Assembly (NCBI GenBank): GCA_050945875.1
Contig: JBMNTT010000001.1
Span: forward strand, 94,832 to 158,831
Source of the DNA: Christensenellales bacterium
Lineage (GTDB): Bacteria > Bacillota > Clostridia > Christensenellales > JBMNTT01
Length of the DNA stretch: 64,000 nt
Reading direction: 5' to 3'
The translations under genes were made by a program, and so were the position numbers. The stretch's first letter is position 1; every line of letters starts with the position of its first letter. This document shows, piece by piece, positions 1-10,582 of this stretch. Below the pieces are notes generated by a model. The model saw only the letters and a list, made by a program, of their open reading frames with translations. It was not told where the DNA came from and made no database searches.

Positions 1-2153
<2,153 letters not shown>

Positions 2154-2179
2154 CGTATCTCCCCCTCGCCCCGCCGGGT

Positions 2180-2401
2180 TTACCGGCGCTCTAGATAGCT
2201 CGCCACATCCCCGATGGTGACGAATTTGCGCAGATCTTTCTCGGGCACCTCCAGCTCGAAGGCGTCCTCCAGGGCGCAGACCAGCTCCACCAGTTCCAGG
2301 GAGTTGAGCTGCAGGTCGGTTAACAGGTTGGTCTGGGCGGACAGGGCCAGCCCGGGCTCCTCCAGCTGGCCGCGGATGATCTGAATCACTTGCTCTAGCA
2401 T
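2180..2401 (-). CDS. Acyl/peptidyl carrier protein
   Basis: 73 aa acidic protein with DLQLNSLELVEL phosphopantetheine-serine motif; lies between ligase and NRPS. Confidence 0.9.
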   Translation of the reverse strand: MLEQVIQIIRGQLEEPGLALSAQTNLLTDLQLNSLELVELVCALEDAFELEVPEKDLRKFVTIGDVASYLERR

Positions 2402-2413
2402 GGTGCCTCTCCT

Positions 2414-4066
2414 TTAGACGCGATAGCGCATGATCTTCTGGGTGGTGGTCTTCTCAAAGGGCGTGTCCCGCAGGGTAAACGCCCGGACGCGCTGGTAGTA
2501 GGCCAGCTGTTCATTGGCGGCGTCCACGGCGCGCTGCACCGCCTGGCGCAGGGCCTCATCGGTCATGCCCGCGGACAGGGCGGGCTCGGGGTAGATCACC
2601 GCCATCAGCCCCTCCTCCCCCTGTTGGGCCTTGACCACCGCCTCGGCGACGATATCCTGGGCCACAAGCGGGGCCTCGACCTGCTGGGGCAGGATGTTCT
2701 TGCCGTTCTTAAGCACGATCAGGTCCTTGCAGCGGCCGGTGATATAGAGGAAGCCATCCGCATCCTGATACCCCAGGTCCCCGGTCAGGAACCAGCCGTC
2801 CCGAAAGGCCTCCCGGGTGGCCGACTCGTCCTGCCAATAGCCCAGCATCACGTGGGGGCCTTTGACCATCAACTGCCCCGCCTCGTCAAAGCGCACCTGG
2901 CACAGCGGCGGGATCGGACCCACCGAGCCGTCGCGGTTGTACCGATTGCGGTTGGCGCTGATGATGGGCGAGCACTCGGTGATGCCATAACCCTGGAGAA
3001 TCTGCACCCCCAGGTCGCGGTAGGGCGGAATCAAAGCGGGGTCCAGGGCCGAGCCGCCGCAGATGATCAGCCGCAGCCGACCGCCCAGGCCCTCCCGGGC
3101 GGCCCTGAGCACCCGGCCGCGCAGGTCGACGCCGATCTTCGCCAGGGCGTTGCACAGCCCGATGCCCAGGCGCAGCTTGCCCTCCAGACCGCGCTTGGCC
3201 GCCTCCTGCCAGATGCGCCGATGCAGGGTCTGCACATACAAGGGCACCAACACCATCACCGTGGGGGCAAACAGCTTCAGGCAGGCGGGCAGCGCCTTGG
3301 GGCCGGGGCAGAAGGCGACGCACGCGCCGTAGTAGAGCGGGCAGAGCAGCCCGGCCATGGCCTCATAGGTGTGGTGCATCGGCAGGATCGAGAGCATGAC
3401 ATCGTCCGGCCGATAGGTGACCAGCTGGCACGCCATGCGCGCGTTGGCCGCCAGGTTGCGCTGCGACAGGGTGACCCCCTTGCTGCGCCCGGTGGTGCCG
3501 GAGGTGAACAGGATCGCGCAGGGCGCGTCCCGGTCCAGGGGTCGCTCGGCGAGGACGTCCGCCCCCTGGGAGACGGCGCGCATCCCCCGCTCCACCAACT
3601 CGGGCAGGCTGAGCGCCTGACCCCGAGGCTCCATGGACACCAGGGCGACCCCGCCGGCCAGCCGGGCGGCCTGCTCGGCTTCCTCGGCGTAGGTGAGCGT
3701 GTGCACCAGCACCTTGGCCTGGGCCCGGGTGAGCGCCTCGGCCATCTGCTCGGGGCTGAGCTCCTTGTCCAGCGGCACGATCACCGCCCCCAGATAAAGC
3801 ACGGCGAAATAGGTCAGCGCCCAGGGATAGCTGTTCTCCCCCAGCACGGCGATGCGCTTGTCCGCCCAGCCCTGCCGGTCCAGGGCCGCGGCCAAGGCCT
3901 CCACCTGGTCGGCAAACTGCGCGTAGGTGGTAGCGCGCGCCTGATCCCGGCCGACGCGCTGCTCAAAGGCCGTGCGGTCGCCAAAGCGCTCCCGGCAGCT
4001 GCCCAGCAGCTGCCGAATATCCTCAAAGGGAACGATCTGATTGAATGGGACTTTTTTCATCGGCAT
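2414..4066 (-). CDS. Long-chain fatty acyl-AMP/CoA(ACP) ligase, AMP-binding family
   Basis: FTSGTTGRSKG P-loop, QGYGITE, WFLTGDLG, GRCKD, C-terminal TTTQKI lysine. Confidence 0.9.
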   Translation of the reverse strand: MPMKKVPFNQIVPFEDIRQLLGSCRERFGDRTAFEQRVGRDQARATTYAQFADQVEALAAALDRQGWADKRIAVLGENSYPWALTYFAVLYLGAVIVPLDKELSPEQMAEALTRAQAKVLVHTLTYAEEAEQAARLAGGVALVSMEPRGQALSLPELVERGMRAVSQGADVLAERPLDRDAPCAILFTSGTTGRSKGVTLSQRNLAANARMACQLVTYRPDDVMLSILPMHHTYEAMAGLLCPLYYGACVAFCPGPKALPACLKLFAPTVMVLVPLYVQTLHRRIWQEAAKRGLEGKLRLGIGLCNALAKIGVDLRGRVLRAAREGLGGRLRLIICGGSALDPALIPPYRDLGVQILQGYGITECSPIISANRNRYNRDGSVGPIPPLCQVRFDEAGQLMVKGPHVMLGYWQDESATREAFRDGWFLTGDLGYQDADGFLYITGRCKDLIVLKNGKNILPQQVEAPLVAQDIVAEAVVKAQQGEEGLMAVIYPEPALSAGMTDEALRQAVQRAVDAANEQLAYYQRVRAFTLRDTPFEKTTTQKIMRYRV

Positions 4067-4099
4067 GCCCTCAACCTGTTTTCATGGATACTTAAGAAA

Positions 4100-4128
4100 A
4101 TTGTAACATGAATGGGAAGCGGTTTCAA
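4100..4128 (-). promoter_or_regulatory. Sigma-A promoter of the ligase-ACP-NRPS operon, overlapped by a cre/LacI-like pseudo-palindrome
   Basis: Minus strand TTGAAA-17 nt-TACAAT; TGAAACCGCTTCCC covers the -35. Confidence 0.55.
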
Positions 4129-4283
4129 TCAATCGCGCTTTTTGGCGCTGGTTTTTTACAAGAAATCCGCTTTCCGTGAAAACGGGCGGGTAAAAAACCC
4201 GGATTTTCGTCGGCGCTTGTCAAAACAGGGCGCATCGCTTATCATGAAAACATCGAGTTTATTAAAAGAAAGGATGTCCCTTC

Positions 4284-5027
4284 ATGCATCGACATCGCAT
4301 ATGGTTCGTTTTGGCGCTCGCGTGCGCGCTGGCGCTGTCGGCCTGCGCCGCCCCGGAATCCAGCGGCACCCCCAGGGTGGTGACCGCGCCCCCGGTCTCG
4401 CCCGCGGCGTCCACCCTGCCCAGCGACGATCCTAAACCCAGCGCTGACGCGGCCAGCCAGACCCCCGCGCAGAGCGATGCGGCCAGCCAGGCCCCTGCGC
4501 AGAGCGATGCGGCCAGCCAGGCCCCTGCGCAGAGCGACGCGGCCAGTCAGACCCCCGCGCCCACGGATCGCTCCGACGCACCGGCCAACAGCGATGCGGA
4601 CGAACTGCCCGTGCTGGTCATCGGGCAGTCCCCCCGGGGCGCTAAGCTGGTGCTCAGCCAGGAGGACCCTCAGGCTGGTACCTACCGGCAGACCCTCGAG
4701 TTCGACGAGGTGGTCACGCTGACCACGGAGCGGCTCGTCGGGGTGGACCACACGGAAACCGCCGTCAAGCAAGCCTTGAGCGACCTATCCGGCGGCGCGC
4801 AAATCCGTCTGAGCTACAGCGCCAGCCTGAGCGAGCGGCTGGGCCGCCCGGTCTATCGGGCGACCTATGCCACCGAGCAAGGCGGCGCAACCCTGGACAA
4901 CACCGACGTGTATATCCAGACCGACGGGTACGACTACCGGCTGCACATCAGCGTGCCCTCGGATGTGGCGCAGAGCTACAATGTGGACGGCTGGGTGGAC
5001 TCCGTCGACCTGTTCAGCGCGGGCTGA
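4284..5027 (+). CDS. Lipoprotein of unknown function with Pro/Ala/Ser-rich repeat linker
   Basis: Lipobox LSAC, AAAGGA RBS, GC-rich codon usage. Confidence 0.8.
   Translation: MHRHRIWFVLALACALALSACAAPESSGTPRVVTAPPVSPAASTLPSDDPKPSADAASQTPAQSDAASQAPAQSDAASQAPAQSDAASQTPAPTDRSDAPANSDADELPVLVIGQSPRGAKLVLSQEDPQAGTYRQTLEFDEVVTLTTERLVGVDHTETAVKQALSDLSGGAQIRLSYSASLSERLGRPVYRATYATEQGGATLDNTDVYIQTDGYDYRLHISVPSDVAQSYNVDGWVDSVDLFSAG
4441..4560 (+). repeat. Intragenic 30-bp tandem repeat, about 4 copies (PAQSDAASQ[A/T])
   Basis: GCGCAGAGCGATGCGGCCAGCCAGGCCCCT-like unit repeated in frame. Confidence 0.9.
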
Positions 5028-5067
5028 CCGCGCAGCCCCCGCGCGGCGCAGGTTTTCTCCTGAGACA

Positions 5068-5099
5068 GAAAAAAGAGCGGCAGCTAATCGCTGCCGCTC
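5068..5099 (-). terminator. Intrinsic terminator between convergent genes
   Basis: GAGCGGCAGC-taatc-GCTGCCGCTC stem with a T-tract on the minus strand. Confidence 0.75.
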
Positions 5100-5112
5100 A
5101 GATCGTTTTGGC

Positions 5113-6003
5113 TCAGCAAAAGGTCAATCGCTGCCCGTCGGCATCCAGCTTGGCCGTCTGGCCGATGGGCAGGATGGCGTGATTGACCCCATGGCCGAAA
5201 TCGTCGCAGGCCACCACCGGCACGCGATGTTTGCGGCCGAAGCGGGCTAGCCGGTCCATCAGCTGCGCGTTGGGCTGGAGGCTATAATGGCCAAAGATCA
5301 ACCCGCGCACCCGGTCGATGAGCGGGCTCTGCTCGATGTGGGACAGATAGGCGCTCACCTCGGCCACGCCGCTGAAGCGCTCGTGGCTCTCCAAAAAGAG
5401 CAGGTAATCCCGCCCCAAGTCCAGAGGTAAGTACGCCCCGCCCAGCATCAGGGCAAAGTTGGCGGTGTAGCCGCCGATGAGCACGCCCTGGCCAGCGCCC
5501 CCCTCGAGGGTGCGCCACGGGCCGCTCTTGACAAACGCGCCGGTTGCGTTCGGGGCGAGCATCTGGGTGGCGAACTGGCAGTAGTCGTAGTGGCGCAGGT
5601 CGGCGAATCCGCCCGCGCCCTGGCCGTAGTAGGTGACCAGGGCGCAGCGGGCGTGGATGGCGTTGAGGATCGTGGTGCCGTCGCTGTAGCTGAGAAAGCG
5701 CTTGGGATGCTCGGCGATGGCCTCGTAGTCGATCAGGGGCAACAGCTCGTTGCCGCCCTCCCCGCCGCCGAACAGGATCAGCTTGATCGCCGGGTCCGCC
5801 ACCATCTGGTTGAGATCGTCCGCGCGCTCCTGCTCGCTGGCAAGGTAGCCGTAGGTGTCGCGATAGAGGTTCGCGCCGGTCTTGACCGCAAAGCCCAGGC
5901 CCTCGAGCACGCCGATGACCTGCGCGTAGAACGCTCGGTCCGCCACATGGCTGGGCGAGATAATTCCAATGGTATCCCCGTAGCGCAGTTGAGGCGCAAT
6001 CAT
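5113..6003 (-). CDS. S66 family peptidase (LD-carboxypeptidase/MccF-like)
   Basis: Start MIAPQLRYGDTIGIISPS; Ser (YSD), Glu (FLES) and His (FGHG) triad; ATGA overlap with the upstream merR stop. Confidence 0.88.
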   Translation of the reverse strand: MIAPQLRYGDTIGIISPSHVADRAFYAQVIGVLEGLGFAVKTGANLYRDTYGYLASEQERADDLNQMVADPAIKLILFGGGEGGNELLPLIDYEAIAEHPKRFLSYSDGTTILNAIHARCALVTYYGQGAGGFADLRHYDYCQFATQMLAPNATGAFVKSGPWRTLEGGAGQGVLIGGYTANFALMLGGAYLPLDLGRDYLLFLESHERFSGVAEVSAYLSHIEQSPLIDRVRGLIFGHYSLQPNAQLMDRLARFGRKHRVPVVACDDFGHGVNHAILPIGQTAKLDADGQRLTFC

Positions 6004-6386
6004 ACGCTCTCCTCCTCCCCGTCGATGTGGAAGATGCCCACCTGCTCGCAGTGGTCGATCTTGTAGTTGACGGTGTCCAGGCTCTCCTGCAGGCGGCGCA
6101 TCTGGGAGAGAATCTCCTCCCGGTGGGCCAGCAGCATCTGCTTGCGCTGCTGGCAGGTGCTGCTGCCCCGCAGACACAGCTGCATGAACTGCTTGATGTG
6201 GGCGATGGACATACCCGAGTCCTTCAGGCAACAGATCAGCCCCAGCCAGGCCAGGTCGCGCTCGGAAAACTGCCGGATGCCGCTCTGGCTGCGGTGCACC
6301 AACGGCAGCAGACCCTCTTTGTCATAGTAGCGCAGGGTGTAGATCGACAGCCCGGTGCGCTCGGAGACCTGTTTGATGGTGTACAT
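6000..6386 (-). CDS. MerR family transcriptional regulator (AdhR/NmlR-like)
   Basis: MYTIKQVSERTGLSIYTLRYYDKEGLL HTH; Cys in LICCLKDSGM. Confidence 0.92.
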   Translation of the reverse strand: MYTIKQVSERTGLSIYTLRYYDKEGLLPLVHRSQSGIRQFSERDLAWLGLICCLKDSGMSIAHIKQFMQLCLRGSSTCQQRKQMLLAHREEILSQMRRLQESLDTVNYKIDHCEQVGIFHIDGEEESV

Positions 6387-6455
6387 GACATTTCCCTCCA
6401 GTTGGGATCACCTTATCATGGCGCCGGTTTTTCTGTCAAGCGATGCGATTGAGCC

Positions 6456-6486
6456 TTGACATAGAGTTAGCTCTAGTCCTTATAAT
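6456..6486 (+). promoter_or_regulatory. MerR-type promoter with 19-bp spacer and dyad operator
   Basis: TTGACA (6456-6461), 19 nt, TATAAT (6481-6486); TAGAG-ttag-CTCTA dyad at 6462-6475. Confidence 0.88.
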
Positions 6487-6539
6487 CAGAACCAGCGGCC
6501 TGCGAGTTGGGCCGAATACCCGCGAAAAGAGGAGAACCC

Positions 6540-7676
6540 ATGCTATACCGCGACTTTGGCCAGACCGGGCGCAAGATTTCGTCCCTGGGCTTTGGGTGCA
6601 TGCGCCTGCCCGAGATCGAGCGGGACGGGAAGTGGATCATCGACGAGGACAAGGCCATCCCCATGCTGCGCCGCGCCTATCAGGCGGGGGTCAATTACTT
6701 CGATACCGCCCCGGGCTACTGCCACACCAACAGCGAGATCGCCGTGGGCAAGGCCTTCCACGACCTGCGCGAGCGGGTGATGCTGTCCACCAAGTTGCCG
6801 CTGGACGCCATCCGGGAGACGGGGGATTACCGTCGCCTGCTGCTTGAGAGCCTCAAAAAGATGGATACCCCCTACGTTGATTTCTACCATTTCTGGGGGA
6901 TGAGCCGTCAGAGCTTTGACAAGGTGGTACTCAAGTACGGCCTGCTCGAGGAAGCTCGCAAGGCCAAGCAGGAAGGGTTGATCCGGCACATCTCCTTCTC
7001 CTTCCACGACGACCCCGAGGCGATCCGCTACATCATCGACACCGCCGAGGCCGAGGGCGTGCCCATGGAGACCCTGCTGCTGCAGTACAACCTGCTGGAC
7101 CGCAAGAACGAGCAGATGATCGCCTACGCTGCGGGTAAGGGGCTGGGGATCGTGGTGATGGGCCCGGTGGGCGGCGGCCGCCTGGCCGCGCCCACGGATC
7201 TGTACACCAAGCTGACGGGCAAGCCCGCCATCGCCACCTACGAGCTGGCCTTCAAGTTCGTGCTGGGCAATCCCAACGTCTGCTGCGCGCTCTCGGGCAT
7301 GCAGACCGCCGACATGGTGGATCAGAATGTGCAGGTGGCCAGCGATCCGGCCCTGCTCTCCGAGGGGGAGTGGGCCCAGTTGGGCCAGTCCCTCGAGCAG
7401 CTGCACAAGTTCAGCGAGCTCTACTGCACCGGCTGCGCCTACTGCCAACCCTGCCCGGCGGGCATCGACATCCCCAAAATTTTCGGCTTCTATACCGACC
7501 ACAACGTCTACGGTCTGACCGACCACGCCAAGGAAGAGATGCGCAAGTACCGCCAGAAAGATGGCAAGACCTTCTCCGCCTGCAAGCACTGCGGCCTGTG
7601 CGAGCGCAAATGTCCCCAAAAACTGCAGATCCGCCAGCTGCTGCCCAAAGTTGAGGCCGTGCTGGGCGAAAAATAA
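6540..7676 (+). CDS. Aldo/keto reductase with C-terminal 4Fe-4S dicluster
   Basis: LGFGCMRLP, FDTAPGY, CTGCAYCQPCP and CKHCGLCERKCP; AGGAG RBS before ATG 6540. Confidence 0.92.
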   Translation: MLYRDFGQTGRKISSLGFGCMRLPEIERDGKWIIDEDKAIPMLRRAYQAGVNYFDTAPGYCHTNSEIAVGKAFHDLRERVMLSTKLPLDAIRETGDYRRLLLESLKKMDTPYVDFYHFWGMSRQSFDKVVLKYGLLEEARKAKQEGLIRHISFSFHDDPEAIRYIIDTAEAEGVPMETLLLQYNLLDRKNEQMIAYAAGKGLGIVVMGPVGGGRLAAPTDLYTKLTGKPAIATYELAFKFVLGNPNVCCALSGMQTADMVDQNVQVASDPALLSEGEWAQLGQSLEQLHKFSELYCTGCAYCQPCPAGIDIPKIFGFYTDHNVYGLTDHAKEEMRKYRQKDGKTFSACKHCGLCERKCPQKLQIRQLLPKVEAVLGEK

Positions 7677-7697
7677 TTTGACGCAATAATAGGAGGT

Positions 7698-8804
7698 ATG
7701 ATTACGATGGCATCCAATGTCCTGTTCGCCCCGATGGCTTACTCCCGCTATGAGGCCACCCAAACCCTGCCGGAGAAATTCTCCCGCATGCTCCAGAAAA
7801 CCGGCCTGGCCGAGAAGGTCAAGGGCAAGACCGTCGCCATCAAGATGCACGTGGGCGACGGGGTCACCTACTCCACCATTCCCCCGGTCTTTGTGCGCAA
7901 GCTGGTGGACTTCATCACCGAGAACGGCGGCGACTGCTTCATCACCGACCACTATGTCTACCAGCGCCACCCCGAGCGCCGGGGTTACACCGAGAGCAAC
8001 CTGGGCTGCCCGGTGCTGGATGACTGCAGCTACACCGGCAAGTACTTCTACACCAAGCATGTGGACTATAAGGGCCTCAAACACGTGGACGTGGCCGGCC
8101 TGATCCACGACGCGGACATGATGATCGACTTCTCCCACGTTAAGGGCCACGGCTCCTGCGGGTTCGGCGGGGCGTGCAAGAACATCGCCATGGGCTGCGT
8201 GACCGACCGCACCCGCCATGAGATCCACTCCCTGGAGGGCGGCCTGGTGTGGGACAAGGACAAGTGCATCCACTGCGGGCTGTGCATCCCCGCCTGCAAC
8301 CACCACGCCAACTCCTTCAGCGAACCGGGCAAGGGCGGCGTTTACGAGGTCAACTATCACCACTGCACCATGTGCCAGCACTGCCTGAAGGTCTGCCCCC
8401 GCCAGGCCATCACCCTGGACAGCCATGATTACGCTGATTTCCAGATGGGCATGGCGGTGTGCACCAAGGCCGTGCTGGACACCTTCGCCCCGGGTCAGGT
8501 ATACTATATCAACGTGCTGACCGCCATCACCGCCCTGTGCGACTGCTGGGGCATGACCACCCCGGCCCTGGTGCCCGATATCGGCATCATGGCCAGCGAT
8601 GACATCGTGGCCATCGAGCGGGCCAGCATCGACGCCATCAAGATCGAGGACCTGATTCCTGTGGGCATCCCCCAGGGCATGAAGCTCTCCGGCCACGGCC
8701 ACCTGTTCGAGCAGCTCCACGGCAAGGACCCCTTCATCCAGCTCAAGGCCCTGGAGCAGGTCGGCCTGGGCACCCAGGAGTACGAACTGATCACCGTCAA
8801 ATAA
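7698..8804 (+). CDS. DUF362-type Fe-S protein with ferredoxin insert
   Basis: VAIKMHVG, SHVKGH, GGACKNIAMGC, two CxxCxxCxxxC motifs, CDCW. Confidence 0.85.
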   Translation: MITMASNVLFAPMAYSRYEATQTLPEKFSRMLQKTGLAEKVKGKTVAIKMHVGDGVTYSTIPPVFVRKLVDFITENGGDCFITDHYVYQRHPERRGYTESNLGCPVLDDCSYTGKYFYTKHVDYKGLKHVDVAGLIHDADMMIDFSHVKGHGSCGFGGACKNIAMGCVTDRTRHEIHSLEGGLVWDKDKCIHCGLCIPACNHHANSFSEPGKGGVYEVNYHHCTMCQHCLKVCPRQAITLDSHDYADFQMGMAVCTKAVLDTFAPGQVYYINVLTAITALCDCWGMTTPALVPDIGIMASDDIVAIERASIDAIKIEDLIPVGIPQGMKLSGHGHLFEQLHGKDPFIQLKALEQVGLGTQEYELITVK

Positions 8805-8817
8805 AGGAGCGCGCGAC

Positions 8818-9192
8818 ATGATCGACTTTAGCAACGCCATCTTCCTCAAGCTCAAACCTGTGGACACCGCGGCCTTCATCGATTGGATCACCCCGATGCT
8901 CATCCCGGAGGAGCGGGCGCTGCTGGCCTATCAGTCGGTGCGCGACGGCATCGTCTTTACCGATAAGCGCATCATCGCCATCGATGTGCAGGGCCTGACG
9001 GGCAAGAAAAAGGACTTCAGCTCCCTTCCCTACAGCCGCATCCAGGCCTTCTCGGTGGAAACCGCCGGAAACATGGACCTGGACAGCGAGCTGGACCTGT
9101 GGTTCAGCGGCCTGGGTCAGGTCAAGTTCGAGTTTGACGCCCAGGCGGACGTCACCGCGATCTGCCGCATGATCAGCGAGCGGGTGCTCTAA
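8818..9192 (+). CDS. Bacterial PH domain protein
   Basis: RDGIVFTDKRII.DVQGLTGKKKDF.SLPYS.IQAFSVETAG.DLDSEL signature. Confidence 0.85.
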   Translation: MIDFSNAIFLKLKPVDTAAFIDWITPMLIPEERALLAYQSVRDGIVFTDKRIIAIDVQGLTGKKKDFSSLPYSRIQAFSVETAGNMDLDSELDLWFSGLGQVKFEFDAQADVTAICRMISERVL

Positions 9193-9202
9193 AACCCGCC
9201 GC

Positions 9203-9242
9203 GAGAAACACCCCGCGAGCTTATGCTCGCGGGGTGTTTCTC
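9203..9242. terminator. Terminator hairpin between convergent genes
   Basis: Perfect 18-bp inverted repeat GAGAAACACCCCGCGAGC / GCTCGCGGGGTGTTTCTC. Confidence 0.8.
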
Positions 9243-9286
9243 CATCCGCGCCCCTTCAGCGGCGCCTTGCATCGCATGGACGCGGA

Positions 9287-9856
9287 TCAGAGGGGATGCG
9301 CGTCGCCCCTCGCCCGATCCAAGGCCTGCCGGATGCGGGCCAGATTGACCTGCGGCGGCTCGGTGCCGTCCAGCCGCAGCACCGGGCAGGGCAGTTGCGC
9401 CGTCCAGGCCGCATGCCGGGCGACCGATCGGGTCTGCGGCCCGGCGGTGTCATAGGTCGCCGCCCAGGCGATGAACCGCTCATGGGCCTCGTGCATATCC
9501 CCGCCCGGTGCGATGCGCGCGCCAAAGGCCGCAGCCTCCCGCGTCCGCAGGCGCGCCAGCCGCACCGCTGTGGGCGTCTGCAGCCAGACCGTCAGGGTGA
9601 GCTGCGGGATGAAGCATTCCCCCCAACCGCACAGCGAGCCGCTGATGGCGCAGCGCGGCGCGGCGGCGATCGCCGCGCGCAGGCGATCGATCCGCTCCGC
9701 CACCGGCCGGGGCTGCGCATAGGGCGGGTCCGTGGGCTGCCAAAAGAAATCATCGGTATCCAGCCAAGCGTACCCCCATTGCTCGGCCATCGCCCGGCCC
9801 AGGGTAGACGTGCCCGAACCCGACGCGCCCAGGATGTGCACAACGGATGAGTCCAT
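9287..9856 (-). CDS. P-loop NMP/adenylate kinase-like protein
   Basis: ILGASGSGTST Walker A, LDTDDFFW. Confidence 0.82.
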   Translation of the reverse strand: MDSSVVHILGASGSGTSTLGRAMAEQWGYAWLDTDDFFWQPTDPPYAQPRPVAERIDRLRAAIAAAPRCAISGSLCGWGECFIPQLTLTVWLQTPTAVRLARLRTREAAAFGARIAPGGDMHEAHERFIAWAATYDTAGPQTRSVARHAAWTAQLPCPVLRLDGTEPPQVNLARIRQALDRARGDAHPL

Positions 9857-9980
9857 GAACCTCGCCTCCTCTATCCGCTCATTATATCGAAGCGATGGCC
9901 AGCGCGCAAACGTAAGGAAAGGTCAGAGAAAACGACCAAGAGCCCGATTTTGTGGGGAAAAGCCCTGCAGAACCGTCAAT

Positions 9981-10026
9981 TCTGACCTTATCTAACTTTG
10001 ACTTTCTTTGATCTATACGCTATACT
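9981..10026 (+). promoter_or_regulatory. hsp20 promoter with CtsR-like heptad direct repeats
   Basis: TTGACT-17-TATACT; opposite strand reads GATCAAA-GAA-AGTCAAA and AGTTAGA-TAA-GGTCAGA versus consensus RGTCAAA-NAN-RGTCAAA. Confidence 0.7.
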
Positions 10027-10097
10027 GAGCTTGCAAACCGAGGGAGGGCTTCCTCCCGAGGACGACCACCCACATCCAACACAAGGAGGTTTTGAGT

Positions 10098-10541
10098 ATG
10101 TCCGGTCTGATTCCTTTCCGCAGCCACCGCAACAACCATCCCGCTATGAGCAACAGCTTTTTTGACGACGCTTTCCTGCGCCCCTTCTTCGACATGGGCG
10201 ACTTTTTCGGAAACAATGGATTCCGGGTTGACATCAAGGAGGATCCGGACGCCTACACCCTCAAGGCCGATCTGCCCGGTGTGGAGCAGGATCACATCGA
10301 TCTGACCATCGACCACGACGTGCTGACCATCGCCGCGGACATGAACACCGAGACCCGCCGCGAGGAGGAGAACTATCTCTACTGCGAGCGCCGCTCCGGC
10401 CGGTTCCAGCGCGCCTTCAACATCGAGGGCGTGCGCCAGGAGGATATCACCGCCCACTTTGAAAACGGCGTGCTCTCGGTCAAGCTGCCCAAGCTTGACA
10501 ACGCGCCGCAGCCCAAGAGCCGCCGCATCGACATCCAGTGA
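10098..10541 (+). CDS. Hsp20/alpha-crystallin small heat shock protein
   Basis: FRVDIKE..ADLPG, ER.SG.FQRAF, FENGVL.VKLPK; AAGGAGG RBS. Confidence 0.95.
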   Translation: MSGLIPFRSHRNNHPAMSNSFFDDAFLRPFFDMGDFFGNNGFRVDIKEDPDAYTLKADLPGVEQDHIDLTIDHDVLTIAADMNTETRREEENYLYCERRSGRFQRAFNIEGVRQEDITAHFENGVLSVKLPKLDNAPQPKSRRIDIQ

Positions 10542-10549
10542 TCTGATGG

Positions 10550-10580
10550 AAAAAAGAGCAGCCAACCGGCTGCTCTTTTT
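10550..10580. terminator. Bidirectional intrinsic terminator
   Basis: AAAAAGAGCAGCC-aacc-GGCTGCTCTTTTT. Confidence 0.85.
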
Positions 10581-10582
10581 CT

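Noticed and set aside
4441-4560. Possible CRISPR-like array
   Set aside because: The repeats are contiguous, in frame and have no spacers; no cas genes are present.
6004-6231. Longer start for the S66 peptidase (ORF track 5113-6231)
   Set aside because: The extension overlaps merR out of frame; GGAGGAG RBS and ATGA coupling support a start at 6003.
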